Shown: positions 29,972 to 40,183 of the stretch, in pieces
How positions within the stretch are numbered: the stretch's first letter is position 1
How the letters are laid out: each line of letters opens with the position of its first letter
Virus record (IMG/VR): IMGVR_UViG_3300042306_000801
Strand: one strand, 5' to 3'
Source of the DNA: an uncultured virus (IMG/VR IMGVR_UViG_3300042306_000801)
Lineage: Duplodnaviria > Heunggongvirae > Uroviricota > Caudoviricetes
DNA length: 64,000 nucleotides
Notes under the pieces: model-generated
Database searches by the model: none
What the model was told of the DNA's origin: nothing
What the model saw: only the letters and a program-made list of their open reading frames with translations
Program-made: the position numbers and the translations under genes

Positions 29972-30738
29972 TAACAGTTATATTAAATGGTTACAAAAGA
30001 GCGGAAAATCTTAATGAACAATTAGAGGCATTAAGAAACCAAACGGTTCAGCCGGATGAAATACTTTTTTGGTATAATAATCCTGGTGATAATGACCTGA
30101 TTAATTACGATATTGGTACTGAAATAGCGGGTGCATATTGCAACTATAACTTTGGTGTATGGGCACGATTTGCTTTTGCATTTATGGCTAAAAATCCATA
30201 TGTTTGTATTTTTGATGATGATACTATACCTGGTTCAAAATGGTTAGAGAATTGCATGAATACAATGAAAACGAATGAAGGACTATTGGGTACGGTTGGG
30301 TTAATTTATCCACAACCACTTCCACCGGAACAATCATCATACTATGAACCATATGCTAGAGTTGGTTGGCCTGAAGGTGGGAATAATGAACATACATTAG
30401 AAGTTGATTTAGTTGGACATAGTTGGTTCTTTAAAAAGGAATGGTTATCTCATATGTGGAGAGAACAACCTGAATCTAAATATAATACCTGTGGTGAAGA
30501 TATGCACTTCTCATATATGTTGCAGAAGTATGCGGGAATTAAAACATTTGTACCACCACATCCAAAGAATGATAAACAAATGTGGGGAAGTATAAAAGGA
30601 GCACAATATGGTGGCGATGCTAATTCACTATGGGAATCAAATCAGAGAAGTGTGGAAGGTGTACCATTTAGAGCATTGATGAATGAATATTTTCATAACC
30701 AAAGAATGAAAGGTTGGAAACTTGTATATGAAAAATAA
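29968..30738 (+). CDS. Putative GT-A glycosyltransferase
   Basis: ITVILNGYKR, QTVQP, IFDDDT, GEDMHFS. Confidence 0.75.
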   Translation: MITVILNGYKRAENLNEQLEALRNQTVQPDEILFWYNNPGDNDLINYDIGTEIAGAYCNYNFGVWARFAFAFMAKNPYVCIFDDDTIPGSKWLENCMNTMKTNEGLLGTVGLIYPQPLPPEQSSYYEPYARVGWPEGGNNEHTLEVDLVGHSWFFKKEWLSHMWREQPESKYNTCGEDMHFSYMLQKYAGIKTFVPPHPKNDKQMWGSIKGAQYGGDANSLWESNQRSVEGVPFRALMNEYFHNQRMKGWKLVYEK

Positions 30739-30740
30739 AC

Positions 30741-31337
30741 ATGAAAACGGCAATTGTTATACAAGGTAGCACTATTTGTGATAATATAGAAAAATTGAAA
30801 AATGATTGGAAACCATTTCCTATTATTTTTTCAACATGGGAAGGCGAGCCAACCTATTGTTATCCGGATAAAAACGATGTAGTTGTATATAGTCCTAGAC
30901 CAGAAATAGTTGGAGTTGGTAATTTAAATTTACAAAGAGTATCATCTTTAAATGGATTTATAAAGGCAAAAGAACTGGGATACGATAGAGTTGTAAAGTG
31001 GAGATATGATTTGTTCCCAATCAATTGTGAAGAAATATTTAAATCGTTTAAAAGTGATTGTTTAAATTTTCTAGCATATCACCAACATAATGCCGGATAT
31101 TTGGTAGATTATTTATCGGAAGGAAATGTTGATGATATGATTCAATTATTTACATTTTCAGATTTTAATGTACCACATGCAGAAGTTGCATTTACAAATA
31201 GATTGTTTGAGCTGGGATTTGATAAAAAAATCAATTTCATTCTCAAAAATTTAGAAAAAGATAGAGTTGACATTTATTGGCAAAAATATAACAATTATTT
31301 GAGTCATTATAAAAACATAGAGGCATTTAAAACGTAA
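30741..31337 (+). CDS. WavE-like polysaccharide-modification protein
   Basis: AIVIQG, IIFSTW, NLNLQ..SSLNG, VVKWRYD; a paralogue of 46189-46962. Confidence 0.55.
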   Translation: MKTAIVIQGSTICDNIEKLKNDWKPFPIIFSTWEGEPTYCYPDKNDVVVYSPRPEIVGVGNLNLQRVSSLNGFIKAKELGYDRVVKWRYDLFPINCEEIFKSFKSDCLNFLAYHQHNAGYLVDYLSEGNVDDMIQLFTFSDFNVPHAEVAFTNRLFELGFDKKINFILKNLEKDRVDIYWQKYNNYLSHYKNIEAFKT

Positions 31338-31340
31338 CAA

Positions 31341-32066
31341 ATGAGTAAAGTTAATGTAATAATACCAATGGCCGGTGCTGGTAAACGATTCTCCGATGTG
31401 GGATACGATGTTCCAAAACCATATATACCTGTTAATGGAAAACCAATGGTTCAATCGGTTGTTGAAAATTTGAATATAGATAGTAGACACATTTTTATTA
31501 TTCAAAAACAACATGCGGTTGATAATGACTTACAACTTTTTTTAGAATCAATAAAACCTGGTTGTGTAGTTATTGAAGTTGATGAATTGACAGAGGGACC
31601 TGCGTGTACGGCATTATTGGCAGAAGAATATATTGATGATAGTCCTTTAATCATCGTTAATTGTGACCAAATGATACATGATTTCGATGTTAATAAACTT
31701 TTGGAATTTTGTGATAAAAACGAAGCAGACGGAATATTAGGTGCATTTATTTCATCTTCAAAGAAAAATTCATATATGAAGTTAGACCCTCAAGGAGAGG
31801 TTACCGAAGTGAAAGAAAAGATTGTAATCAGTAATATTGCAACTAATGGACTTCATTTTTGGAAAAATGGAAAAAATTTCGTATCTTCGGTGAAAGAAAT
31901 GATAAAAGTTGGGGAAAGATATAATAATGAATTTTATATAGCACCATCGTACAATTATTTAATCAAAGATGGTAAAAAAATATTACCATTCTTTTATAAT
32001 TTACATTGGCCTATTGGTGTACCTGACGATTTAAACAAATACAAACAATTATATGGATATTCTTAA
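31341..32066 (+). CDS. Sugar-phosphate nucleotidyltransferase (BcbE-like capsule family)
   Basis: IIPMAGAGKRF, PKPYI.VNGKPM, TEGPACT, NCDQ, EK..IS, NNEFYIAP, GVPDDL. Confidence 0.85.
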   Translation: MSKVNVIIPMAGAGKRFSDVGYDVPKPYIPVNGKPMVQSVVENLNIDSRHIFIIQKQHAVDNDLQLFLESIKPGCVVIEVDELTEGPACTALLAEEYIDDSPLIIVNCDQMIHDFDVNKLLEFCDKNEADGILGAFISSSKKNSYMKLDPQGEVTEVKEKIVISNIATNGLHFWKNGKNFVSSVKEMIKVGERYNNEFYIAPSYNYLIKDGKKILPFFYNLHWPIGVPDDLNKYKQLYGYS

Positions 32067-32376
32067 AATGAAAGACATGAAAGGTGGGTGGTTTATTGGA
32101 AACTTTGAACCAACTGCTTTTAAAACAGACCAATTTGAGGTTTGCTATAAACACCACACAAAAGGTGAAAAATGGGATACGCATTATCACAAAGCCGGGA
32201 CTGAAATAAACTATTTAGTTAGTGGAAAAATGACAATACAAAATAAAGAATTGAATGAAGGTGATATTTTTATTTTAAATCCATACGAAATTGCTGACCC
32301 AATATTTTTAGAAGATTGTACGGTACTAATCGTTAAAACACCTTCGATACCTGGTGATAAATTTCTTATTAATTAA
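32053..32376 (+). CDS. Cupin-domain protein
   Basis: GWFIGNFEP, HYHK..TE..Y..SG, GDIF...PYE. Confidence 0.75.
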   Translation: MDILKMKDMKGGWFIGNFEPTAFKTDQFEVCYKHHTKGEKWDTHYHKAGTEINYLVSGKMTIQNKELNEGDIFILNPYEIADPIFLEDCTVLIVKTPSIPGDKFLIN

Positions 32377-32386
32377 AACACAAATT

Positions 32387-33616
32387 ATGATAAACATTTT
32401 TACAAAAGACATTAATATAAACAACTATTTTATAGTTACATATTTTTTAGAGGCAAAAACTTCTTTAAGAGAAGCGGCGTGGAATTTAGCAATTGGACAA
32501 AGTATAGGAAATCCAAACAATAGAAGTATTTGGGAAACCGAAGAAATGTTTATGGAGCATAGCTGTTTCATACTCGCCGAAGAAGATTATTTAAAATCGG
32601 TAAAAGAAGGCATTGTTAAAATTGCATTCCCGTTATCCAATATAAATTTAGAAGAAGACGGTGTATCTCAAATTTTATGTCACGTAGCAGGTGGACAAGT
32701 GGATATTTTAGAAATTCAAAAATGTCACGTGTTGGATATAGAACTTCCTGAAGAAATTGAAAACTCTTTTAGATTAAAACCAGCATACGGTATAGATGGA
32801 TTTAGAAAATTCAATGGAGTTAATCAGAAACCATTTTTTGGTGGAATTATAAAACCAAAAGTAGGAATGTCTCCTGAAGTATTATTAGAAGCGGTTAAAG
32901 AGATGGTTGCCGGTGGAGTTAATTTTATCAAAGAAGATGAATTACTTGCAAACCCAGAACATTGTCCACTTGAAAAGAGAGTTCCTTTAGTAGTTAATTG
33001 GTTAAAAGAAAACGCACCAGATGTAATCTATTGTTTTTGCATTAATGGAGATAGTCCATATGCATTACAAAGAGCAAAATTTGTAGCCGATAATGGTGGT
33101 AATGGTATTCACATTAACGTTTGGAGTGGATTAGGAGTTTATAGAGCAATACGAAAAGAAAATCCAAATTTATGGATACATTTCCAAAAAAGTGGAGATA
33201 AATTTTTCACCGATACAAGAGCTCCGTTCCACATTTATTGGCCTGTAATTTGTAAAATAGCAGGATGGTCTGGTTCAGATTCTATTCACGCCGGAATGAT
33301 AGGTGGATATATGAATCAGGATGAAAAAGAATTAAGTGATGCATTAAAAGTATTATGGCATTATAATATCGTTCCTGCGCTTAGTTGTGGTATGCATCCT
33401 GGTTTAGTGGAATATATAAATGAATTATTAAATAGTTTTGATTGGATGGCTAATGTTGGTGGAGCAATGCATGGACATCCGATGGGAACTTTAGCCGGTG
33501 GATTAGCTATGAAACAGGCTATTAATAAAGAGTTCGATTCGGTTGAATACAAAGTAGCAATAGAAAAGTGGGGAAATAAAGAATTTAACCCAGATTTGGC
33601 ATATAGATTTTTTTAA
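32387..33616 (+). CDS. RuBisCO-like protein (form IV, RLP)
   Basis: GIIKPKVG, GGVNFIKEDE (carbamylation motif), DSIHAG, PALSCGMHPG, VGGAMHGHPMG. Several carboxylase-specific residues are substituted. Confidence 0.9.
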   Translation: MINIFTKDININNYFIVTYFLEAKTSLREAAWNLAIGQSIGNPNNRSIWETEEMFMEHSCFILAEEDYLKSVKEGIVKIAFPLSNINLEEDGVSQILCHVAGGQVDILEIQKCHVLDIELPEEIENSFRLKPAYGIDGFRKFNGVNQKPFFGGIIKPKVGMSPEVLLEAVKEMVAGGVNFIKEDELLANPEHCPLEKRVPLVVNWLKENAPDVIYCFCINGDSPYALQRAKFVADNGGNGIHINVWSGLGVYRAIRKENPNLWIHFQKSGDKFFTDTRAPFHIYWPVICKIAGWSGSDSIHAGMIGGYMNQDEKELSDALKVLWHYNIVPALSCGMHPGLVEYINELLNSFDWMANVGGAMHGHPMGTLAGGLAMKQAINKEFDSVEYKVAIEKWGNKEFNPDLAYRFF

Positions 33617-33617
33617 A

Positions 33618-34622
33618 ATGAATAAAAAAGACCCAATATTAATATGTTTTGGTACTAGACCAGAATGGTTGAAAGTAAAACCATTGATTGATATCATGGA
33701 TAAGAAAGAATATAAACTCTTATTCACAGGTCAACATGAAGATTTACTTTCGGATGTAAAAGTTGATTTTAGAGTTAATATAGAAGAATCCTTTCGTCAT
33801 ACTAGATTAGATTCTATTATGATTGGTTGTATGGAATATTTTCCAAATTACAAATTTAGAGGTGTGTTAGTGCAAGGTGATACGGCTTCCGCTTTTGCAT
33901 GTGCATTAGCAGCTTATCATAGAGGTATTAAGATATATTATATGGAAGCTGGGTTAAGGAGTTACGATTTAGAAAACCCATATCCTGAAGAAGGATATAG
34001 ACAGATGATAGCTCGTTTAGCAGATATTAATTTTGCACCAACACAACTTTCTGCTGAAAATTTAGATGCGGAAAGAGTAAAAGGAGATATCCATATAGTT
34101 GGGAATACTGTATTGGATAATCTTATGAAGTATGATAAAGGTAGCTATGGTGATACTATTCTAGTAACAATGCATCGTAGAGAAAATCATCATTGGTTAG
34201 ATGAATGGTTTAATGTAATTAATCAGTTAGCAATTGATTATCCACAATACAAATTTGTATTACCGATTCATCCAAATCCAAACGTACAAAAGCATAAGAA
34301 TTTACTAACAAATATTAATATCGTAGAACCTTTAACGCACAATGAAACAATTAATATTCTTAAAGATTGTAAGTTGGTAGTTACCGATAGTGGTGGATTG
34401 CAAGAAGAAGGTTCTTTTTTTAATAAGAAAGTAATTGTATGTAGAAAAACAACGGAAAGACCTGAAGGTATAAAAACCGGTCATCTTTATATGTGCGAAG
34501 AACCAACTAAACTTAAAGAATTATTTGGTGAGTTGGAAAAGAATTCGTATATTTGTAAACCTTGTCCATATGGAGACGGTAGAGCAGCGGAAAAAATTAA
34601 AAAGATATTAGATGCAGAATAA
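33618..34622 (+). CDS. wecB: UDP-N-acetylglucosamine 2-epimerase (non-hydrolysing)
   Basis: FGTRPE, TGQH, VQGDT, EAGLRS, PEE..R, HRREN, HPNP, TDSGGLQEE, TERPE, PYGDG.AA. Confidence 0.93.
   Translation: MNKKDPILICFGTRPEWLKVKPLIDIMDKKEYKLLFTGQHEDLLSDVKVDFRVNIEESFRHTRLDSIMIGCMEYFPNYKFRGVLVQGDTASAFACALAAYHRGIKIYYMEAGLRSYDLENPYPEEGYRQMIARLADINFAPTQLSAENLDAERVKGDIHIVGNTVLDNLMKYDKGSYGDTILVTMHRRENHHWLDEWFNVINQLAIDYPQYKFVLPIHPNPNVQKHKNLLTNINIVEPLTHNETINILKDCKLVVTDSGGLQEEGSFFNKKVIVCRKTTERPEGIKTGHLYMCEEPTKLKELFGELEKNSYICKPCPYGDGRAAEKIKKILDAE
34524..34555 (+). promoter_or_regulatory. Bacteroidota-type promoter embedded in the 3' end of wecB
   Basis: TTTG at 34524-34527 (followed by GT), N20, and TCG-TATATTTG with TATATTTG at 34548-34555, the same context as the intergenic copies. 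Confidence 0.6.
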
Positions 34623-35334
34623 ATTTCAAACAGATTTTGAATACTACACCAATCTTATAAAATCGGATACAAATTTTGCTTATGCAAGATATGCTGACGG
34701 TGAAGTTGGTTTGATGAAAGGTAATGCAATTGGTACTAATTCACAAGCATTTGCAGTTGATAGATGGACTACTCCAATTGGATTAAATAAAGTTGGTGAA
34801 GGGTTATTAAAATCATTGGAACATACCGAAACCAATTACCATTATGCAATATCAGCTCATTCGGATAGCATTGATGATTATACTTTCTTATCAGATAGAA
34901 TTCAAAACTCAAATAAAACTTTTGCAAATCTTTGGATAAATTCAAATTATCAAAAGATGTATGAGTTTTATAAAACATTGGATAAGAGTGTATATGTTAT
35001 ATGTAATCATAGAGCTAGGAAAGAAAATTTTCCATTTAAAGTAAATGAAATATTTCCATTTCCAGATGATTGTATAAGATATTGGTTAGATTATGGTGAG
35101 GACTATATTACACAGCTAATTGAATATGTATCCCAATTAGAGAATCAAACATTTTTTGTATCTGCGGGTCCTGTTTCTGAAATACTAATAGATGAAATGT
35201 ATAGAGCTAATCCAAATAACCAATATGTAGATGTTGGTTCTTCTATTGATGAATTTACACATGGTAGAAAAACAAGACCTTACATGGACCCATATTCTCA
35301 ATACTCAAAAGAAATATCTTATTTTTATGAATAA
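34612..35334 (+). CDS. Putative GT-D-fold (DUF1792-like) glycosyltransferase
   Basis: ARYADGE, SAGP, YVDVGS motifs. Confidence 0.55.
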   Translation: MQNKFQTDFEYYTNLIKSDTNFAYARYADGEVGLMKGNAIGTNSQAFAVDRWTTPIGLNKVGEGLLKSLEHTETNYHYAISAHSDSIDDYTFLSDRIQNSNKTFANLWINSNYQKMYEFYKTLDKSVYVICNHRARKENFPFKVNEIFPFPDDCIRYWLDYGEDYITQLIEYVSQLENQTFFVSAGPVSEILIDEMYRANPNNQYVDVGSSIDEFTHGRKTRPYMDPYSQYSKEISYFYE

Positions 35335-36022
35335 ACTACCGTTAGTAATATACACGCATACGGATATGAAAGATGTATGGCCATCTTTTTTTGGGCAATT
35401 AAATAAATTTATGCCTGATTATAAACTCTATGTATGTGTTAATGAAATTGATAAGGCACTTCCAGAAAATTGCTTACAAATCACATATGATGATTCTAAA
35501 AAATATACAAATCGTATTTTAGAATGTTTGGATAAAATAAATGAAGATGTGATATTATTTTTTCACGAAGATATGATTTTATATTCCAATCCACTTCACA
35601 TATATTTAGAAAAATATTATGAATATATTTTAACCGATAAAGCTAATAGTATAAAATTATTATATGCTGGTTCGGGTGGAACAAAATCGGAATTTGAAGA
35701 TACTTTGGTTCAAAATGATTTATCTAAATTTTCAATACAACCAACTATTATTAAAACTAAAACATTTAAGGAGTTAATAGAAAATCATTTAGAATTAACA
35801 ATTTATGAATTTGAAGATTCTATAAAGTTGAATGAAAAAGATTTTTCAGCAACGAATGGTATTGAGAAAAAAAGAGGAATATTCCATTATGATAGTTTTG
35901 TATTTCCATACATAGCAACTGCGATTAATAAAGGTAAATGGAATTTAACAGAATATCAAACCGAATTAAATCCTATTTTTGAAGAATATAATATAAACCC
36001 GTTTGATAGAGGAATTTGGTAA
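35327..36022 (+). CDS. Putative glycosyltransferase-like protein
   Basis: ILFFHEDM, FSIQPTI, AINKGKW; ATG at 35327; located in the GT cluster. Confidence 0.5.
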   Translation: MNKLPLVIYTHTDMKDVWPSFFGQLNKFMPDYKLYVCVNEIDKALPENCLQITYDDSKKYTNRILECLDKINEDVILFFHEDMILYSNPLHIYLEKYYEYILTDKANSIKLLYAGSGGTKSEFEDTLVQNDLSKFSIQPTIIKTKTFKELIENHLELTIYEFEDSIKLNEKDFSATNGIEKKRGIFHYDSFVFPYIATAINKGKWNLTEYQTELNPIFEEYNINPFDRGIW

Positions 36023-36023
36023 T

Positions 36024-37400
36024 ATGACAAAATTAATTATCTTTGACTTAGATGGTGTACTAGTTGAAGCAAAAGAAATACACTACAATACATTAAACCA
36101 GGCATTGAGAGAAATCGAAATTCTAACTGGTAATTCTTATGTAATTACCGAAGCTGAACATCTATCAATATACGATGGATTAAAGACAACTCAAAAGCTT
36201 GAAATGCTTACTAAAAATAAAGGGTTACATACCGATTTCTATGATGAAATTTGGTATAGAAAACAACACTTAACTATTGAGGCAATATCCCAATTACAAA
36301 CTAATCATGTATTGGTTTCAGTATTCAAAGAGTTGAGAGATAGAGGTTATCAATTAGCATGTGCTTCAAATTCAATTAGAAGGTCTGTATTGGTTATGTT
36401 ATCAAAGATAGGACTTATTGAGTATATGGATTTAATCCTTTCTAATGAGGATGTAAAGAACTCTAAACCACATCCTGAAATGTATTGGAAGGCTATGAGT
36501 ATGATGGGTGTATTACCGGAAGAAACGTTAATTGTAGAAGATTCACCACCCGGTTTGTTAGCTGCGAGTAGAAGTAGAGCAAATGTTTTGAGAGTAGATA
36601 ATCCACATGATTTGACATTAGAAAAAATAGTAAACAAATTAAACGAAAAGAAAGTTATGAGTAAACCAAAATGGCAAGGTGGTAAGATGAACGTACTTAT
36701 CCCAATGGCAGGTGCAGGAACTAGATTTCAACAAGCCGGATATACGTTCCCTAAACCACTAATTGATGTGGAAGGTAAACCAATGATTCAGGTTGTAGTT
36801 GATAACCTAAACATAGATGCTACATTTATCTATGTAGTTCAGAAATCACATAGAGAGAAGTATAACTTGGATACCCTTTTAAACTTAATTACGCCTAATT
36901 GTAAGATTGTGGAAGTTGATGGATTGACAGAAGGTGCAGCATGTACTACTCTATTGGCAAAAGAATTGATTGATTCCGATGCACCTTTATTGATGGCAAA
37001 CTCTGACCAATTTATAGAGTGGGATTCAAATGAGTTTATGTATAAGATGATTGAACAAAAAGTTGATGGTGGTATCCTTTCATTTCATTCAACTCATCCT
37101 AAATGGTCATTTGCTAAAGTGGATGAGTATGGTTATGTAACCGAAGTACAAGAGAAGAATCCAATTTCAGATATAGCAACTGTTGGTGTTTACTATTGGG
37201 CTAAAGGTTCTGATTATGTAAAGTATGCAGAACAAATGATTAATAAAAATATAAGAGTAAATAATGAATTCTATGTTTGTCCTGTTTTCAATGAAGCAAT
37301 TGGTGATGGTAAAAAAATAAAAACATTCAATATTGAAAAAATGTGGGGATTAGGTACACCTGAAGATTTAAAATATTACCTAGAAAATTACAATAAATAA
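36024..37400 (+). CDS. HAD phosphatase fused to a BcbE-like nucleotidyltransferase
   Basis: N-domain FDLDGVL, ASNS, KPHPE, VEDS..G; C-domain IPMAGAGTRF, PKPLIDV.GKPMI, TEGAACT, NSDQ, GLGTPEDL. Confidence 0.88.
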   Translation: MTKLIIFDLDGVLVEAKEIHYNTLNQALREIEILTGNSYVITEAEHLSIYDGLKTTQKLEMLTKNKGLHTDFYDEIWYRKQHLTIEAISQLQTNHVLVSVFKELRDRGYQLACASNSIRRSVLVMLSKIGLIEYMDLILSNEDVKNSKPHPEMYWKAMSMMGVLPEETLIVEDSPPGLLAASRSRANVLRVDNPHDLTLEKIVNKLNEKKVMSKPKWQGGKMNVLIPMAGAGTRFQQAGYTFPKPLIDVEGKPMIQVVVDNLNIDATFIYVVQKSHREKYNLDTLLNLITPNCKIVEVDGLTEGAACTTLLAKELIDSDAPLLMANSDQFIEWDSNEFMYKMIEQKVDGGILSFHSTHPKWSFAKVDEYGYVTEVQEKNPISDIATVGVYYWAKGSDYVKYAEQMINKNIRVNNEFYVCPVFNEAIGDGKKIKTFNIEKMWGLGTPEDLKYYLENYNK

Positions 37401-37411
37401 ACTTATAAACT

Positions 37412-38104
37412 ATGATGTTAGATTTTAACCAATTGTTAGAAAAATACAATATTAAAATAAATGGTGTTCTACACGTTGGGGCACATGAAGGCGGTGAAAC
37501 ATTAGCTTATGTAAAAGCTGGTATAAAAGATGTGATACTCGTTGAAGCAAATCCATTTAGATTCAGCAATTTAAGCGAATCATTAAATACCGGTAGATAT
37601 GTTACTTGGTGTTCACCACTTACATATTCTTATTTTAACGATAGTGAAGCCCAAATTCTAAAAGGATACAAAGCATATAACTACGCAGTTAGCGATAAAG
37701 AAGATGGTGTTATTACTTTTAATTTGAGTAACTACGATGGTGGTACTGATTCTATTTTTAAAATCAATGAGTGGGGTAGAGATTCATCTTGGGTACCGTA
37801 TGAACATATTGCTGAAATTGAAGTACCAACCATTACATTAGATAAATTGGTTGAAAATAAAAATACTTACAATTTCTTAAATATGGATGTTGAAGGAGCT
37901 GAGTTGATTGTTTTAAGTGGAGCTACCGAAGTATTAAAGCATTTAGATTGTATTATGTTAGAAACACAGGATAAAATAAGATTTGAAGGTTCTTGCACTA
38001 GAGAACAATTGACTGAATTTTTAAAACCACATGGATTTGAACTTAAAGAGTATCATGATACTGGTAAAGAGTGGGGTGATTGTCTTTTTTTAAAAAATAA
38101 ATAA
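37412..38104 (+). CDS. FkbM-family methyltransferase
   Basis: LHVGAHEG, VEANP, ITLD, NMDVEGAEL.VL.GA, WGDCLF. Confidence 0.85.
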   Translation: MMLDFNQLLEKYNIKINGVLHVGAHEGGETLAYVKAGIKDVILVEANPFRFSNLSESLNTGRYVTWCSPLTYSYFNDSEAQILKGYKAYNYAVSDKEDGVITFNLSNYDGGTDSIFKINEWGRDSSWVPYEHIAEIEVPTITLDKLVENKNTYNFLNMDVEGAELIVLSGATEVLKHLDCIMLETQDKIRFEGSCTREQLTEFLKPHGFELKEYHDTGKEWGDCLFLKNK

Positions 38105-39264
38105 TGAATAGAAAAATTACATTTTGCATACCATCTAAAAACAATCTTCGTTATCTTAAAAATAGTATTCAATCTATTAAAGCAAATAGTTTACATCAAA
38201 ACGAAATTATAGTATATGTGGATGCGGATAACGATGGTACAAAAGAATGGTTAGATGAAAATCGTATAAAGTATTTGGTTAATGATACCGATACACCGAA
38301 GGGAATTGCATATGGATACAATAGATGTATTGAAGCAGCAACTACACCAATCGTATGTATGTTCCATGCCGATATGTACATGGGGCAGTGGTTTGATGAT
38401 GCTATATTAAAACATCTAAAACCACTTTCGGTAGTTAGTGGTACTCGTATAGAACCACCACTACATCCAAAGGGATTAGAAAAGATTGTAGAAGATTTTG
38501 GTATGTATCCAGAAGATTTCAAAAAAGCAGAATTTGATAAGTTTGTTTATGAGATGAGATATGTGTATGAAGGAAAAACAACTAAAGGAATATTTGCACC
38601 TTGGGCAATATATAAAGAAGATATTACTTCAATTGGTATGCATGATGAGAGATTTCATTCTTATCACGAAGACTCTGATATGTTTAATCGTTTTATTTTA
38701 AATGGATATGAAATAATTCAAACATGGGAAGCATTAGTATATCATTTGACATGTAGAGGCGGACAATTTCAAGATGGAATTGAGCAGGTAACCAAAGATG
38801 AAGCATTTCATAAAATGAAAAATAGTGCATTTAAAAACTATATTAGAAAATGGGGACATTTTGTTAAAAACGATGAATACCAACATCCGATTATACCACA
38901 TAAATACAATATATGTTTTAACATAAAAAACACAAAAATAGAAGCATTGGATTTTTTAGAACCTTGGTGTTCAAATATCAAAACAGATTTATCACAAGAA
39001 AAAATAAATGAGTTCATCTCAAAACAACAAGATGGATGTATTGTACCATTGATTGATAAAATAAATAACGCAAATGAAAGTGATATTGAAATTGAATTTG
39101 ATATAAATCAAATTACACAAGAAGCAATAAATTTTATAGTTGATTTGAGTTTAATTTTAGATGATAATCAATTAGAAAAAGGAGAATATCAGTTTGGTAT
39201 TTTCAAATTCAAAGTAAATAGAATTTATCATATGGAAACCGAACTAATAAAATATAATATCTAA
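38104..39264 (+). CDS. Glycosyltransferase, GT2-like
   Basis: FCIPS, D...DGT, HADM, DERF...EDSD, VYH. Confidence 0.8.
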   Translation: MNRKITFCIPSKNNLRYLKNSIQSIKANSLHQNEIIVYVDADNDGTKEWLDENRIKYLVNDTDTPKGIAYGYNRCIEAATTPIVCMFHADMYMGQWFDDAILKHLKPLSVVSGTRIEPPLHPKGLEKIVEDFGMYPEDFKKAEFDKFVYEMRYVYEGKTTKGIFAPWAIYKEDITSIGMHDERFHSYHEDSDMFNRFILNGYEIIQTWEALVYHLTCRGGQFQDGIEQVTKDEAFHKMKNSAFKNYIRKWGHFVKNDEYQHPIIPHKYNICFNIKNTKIEALDFLEPWCSNIKTDLSQEKINEFISKQQDGCIVPLIDKINNANESDIEIEFDINQITQEAINFIVDLSLILDDNQLEKGEYQFGIFKFKVNRIYHMETELIKYNI

Positions 39265-40142
39265 TGAAGACTACTTTATTTTGTATGCATGTGATGCCAC
39301 ATGAAATTGAAATGCTTGAAAGATTTATGGTACAATATCGTAAGGCTCTTTCTTATTTAGATGCAAATGACAACTTTACAATGAAAGTTAGTCTTAATTT
39401 AAATCCAGAATTAACTGATTGGGAAGCTAGTGAATTAAAACAAGATTATTTTATTGAAAAATTTAATACACTATTTGATGGTATAAAAAATATAAATGAA
39501 ATAATCACCGATAATTCATTGTGGGGAACTACTCAACAAAAAAGAGAAAGTATCAAATTATATTATGACCAATTTATATTCTGCGATGCGGATATACTTT
39601 TACATGAACATTTATTGAAACACCAATTAAATTTATCATATCAGTTAAATAATATGTATATAGTATCACCATCCATTCCTCGTTGGTGGGATGATAGTTG
39701 GGATGTAATTGTGCATAAAAATTTATTAAATACAGGATTAGGATATGCACATAGTGAAGATGCTGTAAAAAATGCATATACACAGGATGTAAGTGATATA
39801 TCGGTTAGAATTGTTCCATCTGCAAAATTTGGATGTGGTATGCATACTTTATATTCAAGAAGTTTTTGGAATTTCACAGGAATTCCTGATTCATTTGGTG
39901 GTTATGGTCCAGAAGATACATACGCTATGAATTGTACTGATGTTGCACGTAAATATGGACATGAGATAGTTCAGGTTCTTCTTGATGGTATATACATAAC
40001 CGAAGACTATATTAATAATAAACCTTCTTTTATAGATAAGATTGTAAGAATTGATAAGAAGAAAGAGTTTTATGACAAGGCGTTTGCTCTAGGTAGGGAC
40101 GAATTATTAGTATTTGCAAAAAGGATATTGAATTTAGGGTAA
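39264..40142 (+). CDS. Putative GT-A glycosyltransferase
   Basis: FIFCDADI, F.GYGPEDT. Confidence 0.65.
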   Translation: MKTTLFCMHVMPHEIEMLERFMVQYRKALSYLDANDNFTMKVSLNLNPELTDWEASELKQDYFIEKFNTLFDGIKNINEIITDNSLWGTTQQKRESIKLYYDQFIFCDADILLHEHLLKHQLNLSYQLNNMYIVSPSIPRWWDDSWDVIVHKNLLNTGLGYAHSEDAVKNAYTQDVSDISVRIVPSAKFGCGMHTLYSRSFWNFTGIPDSFGGYGPEDTYAMNCTDVARKYGHEIVQVLLDGIYITEDYINNKPSFIDKIVRIDKKKEFYDKAFALGRDELLVFAKRILNLG

Positions 40143-40183
40143 TTCTTTAAAAAGTATATTTATATCTATAATTTTAGGTAAAA

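Noticed and set aside
32387..33616. True CO2-fixing RuBisCO
   Set aside because: Equivalents of E60, N123, H294 and K334 appear substituted, and there is no phosphoribulokinase or small subunit in the window.
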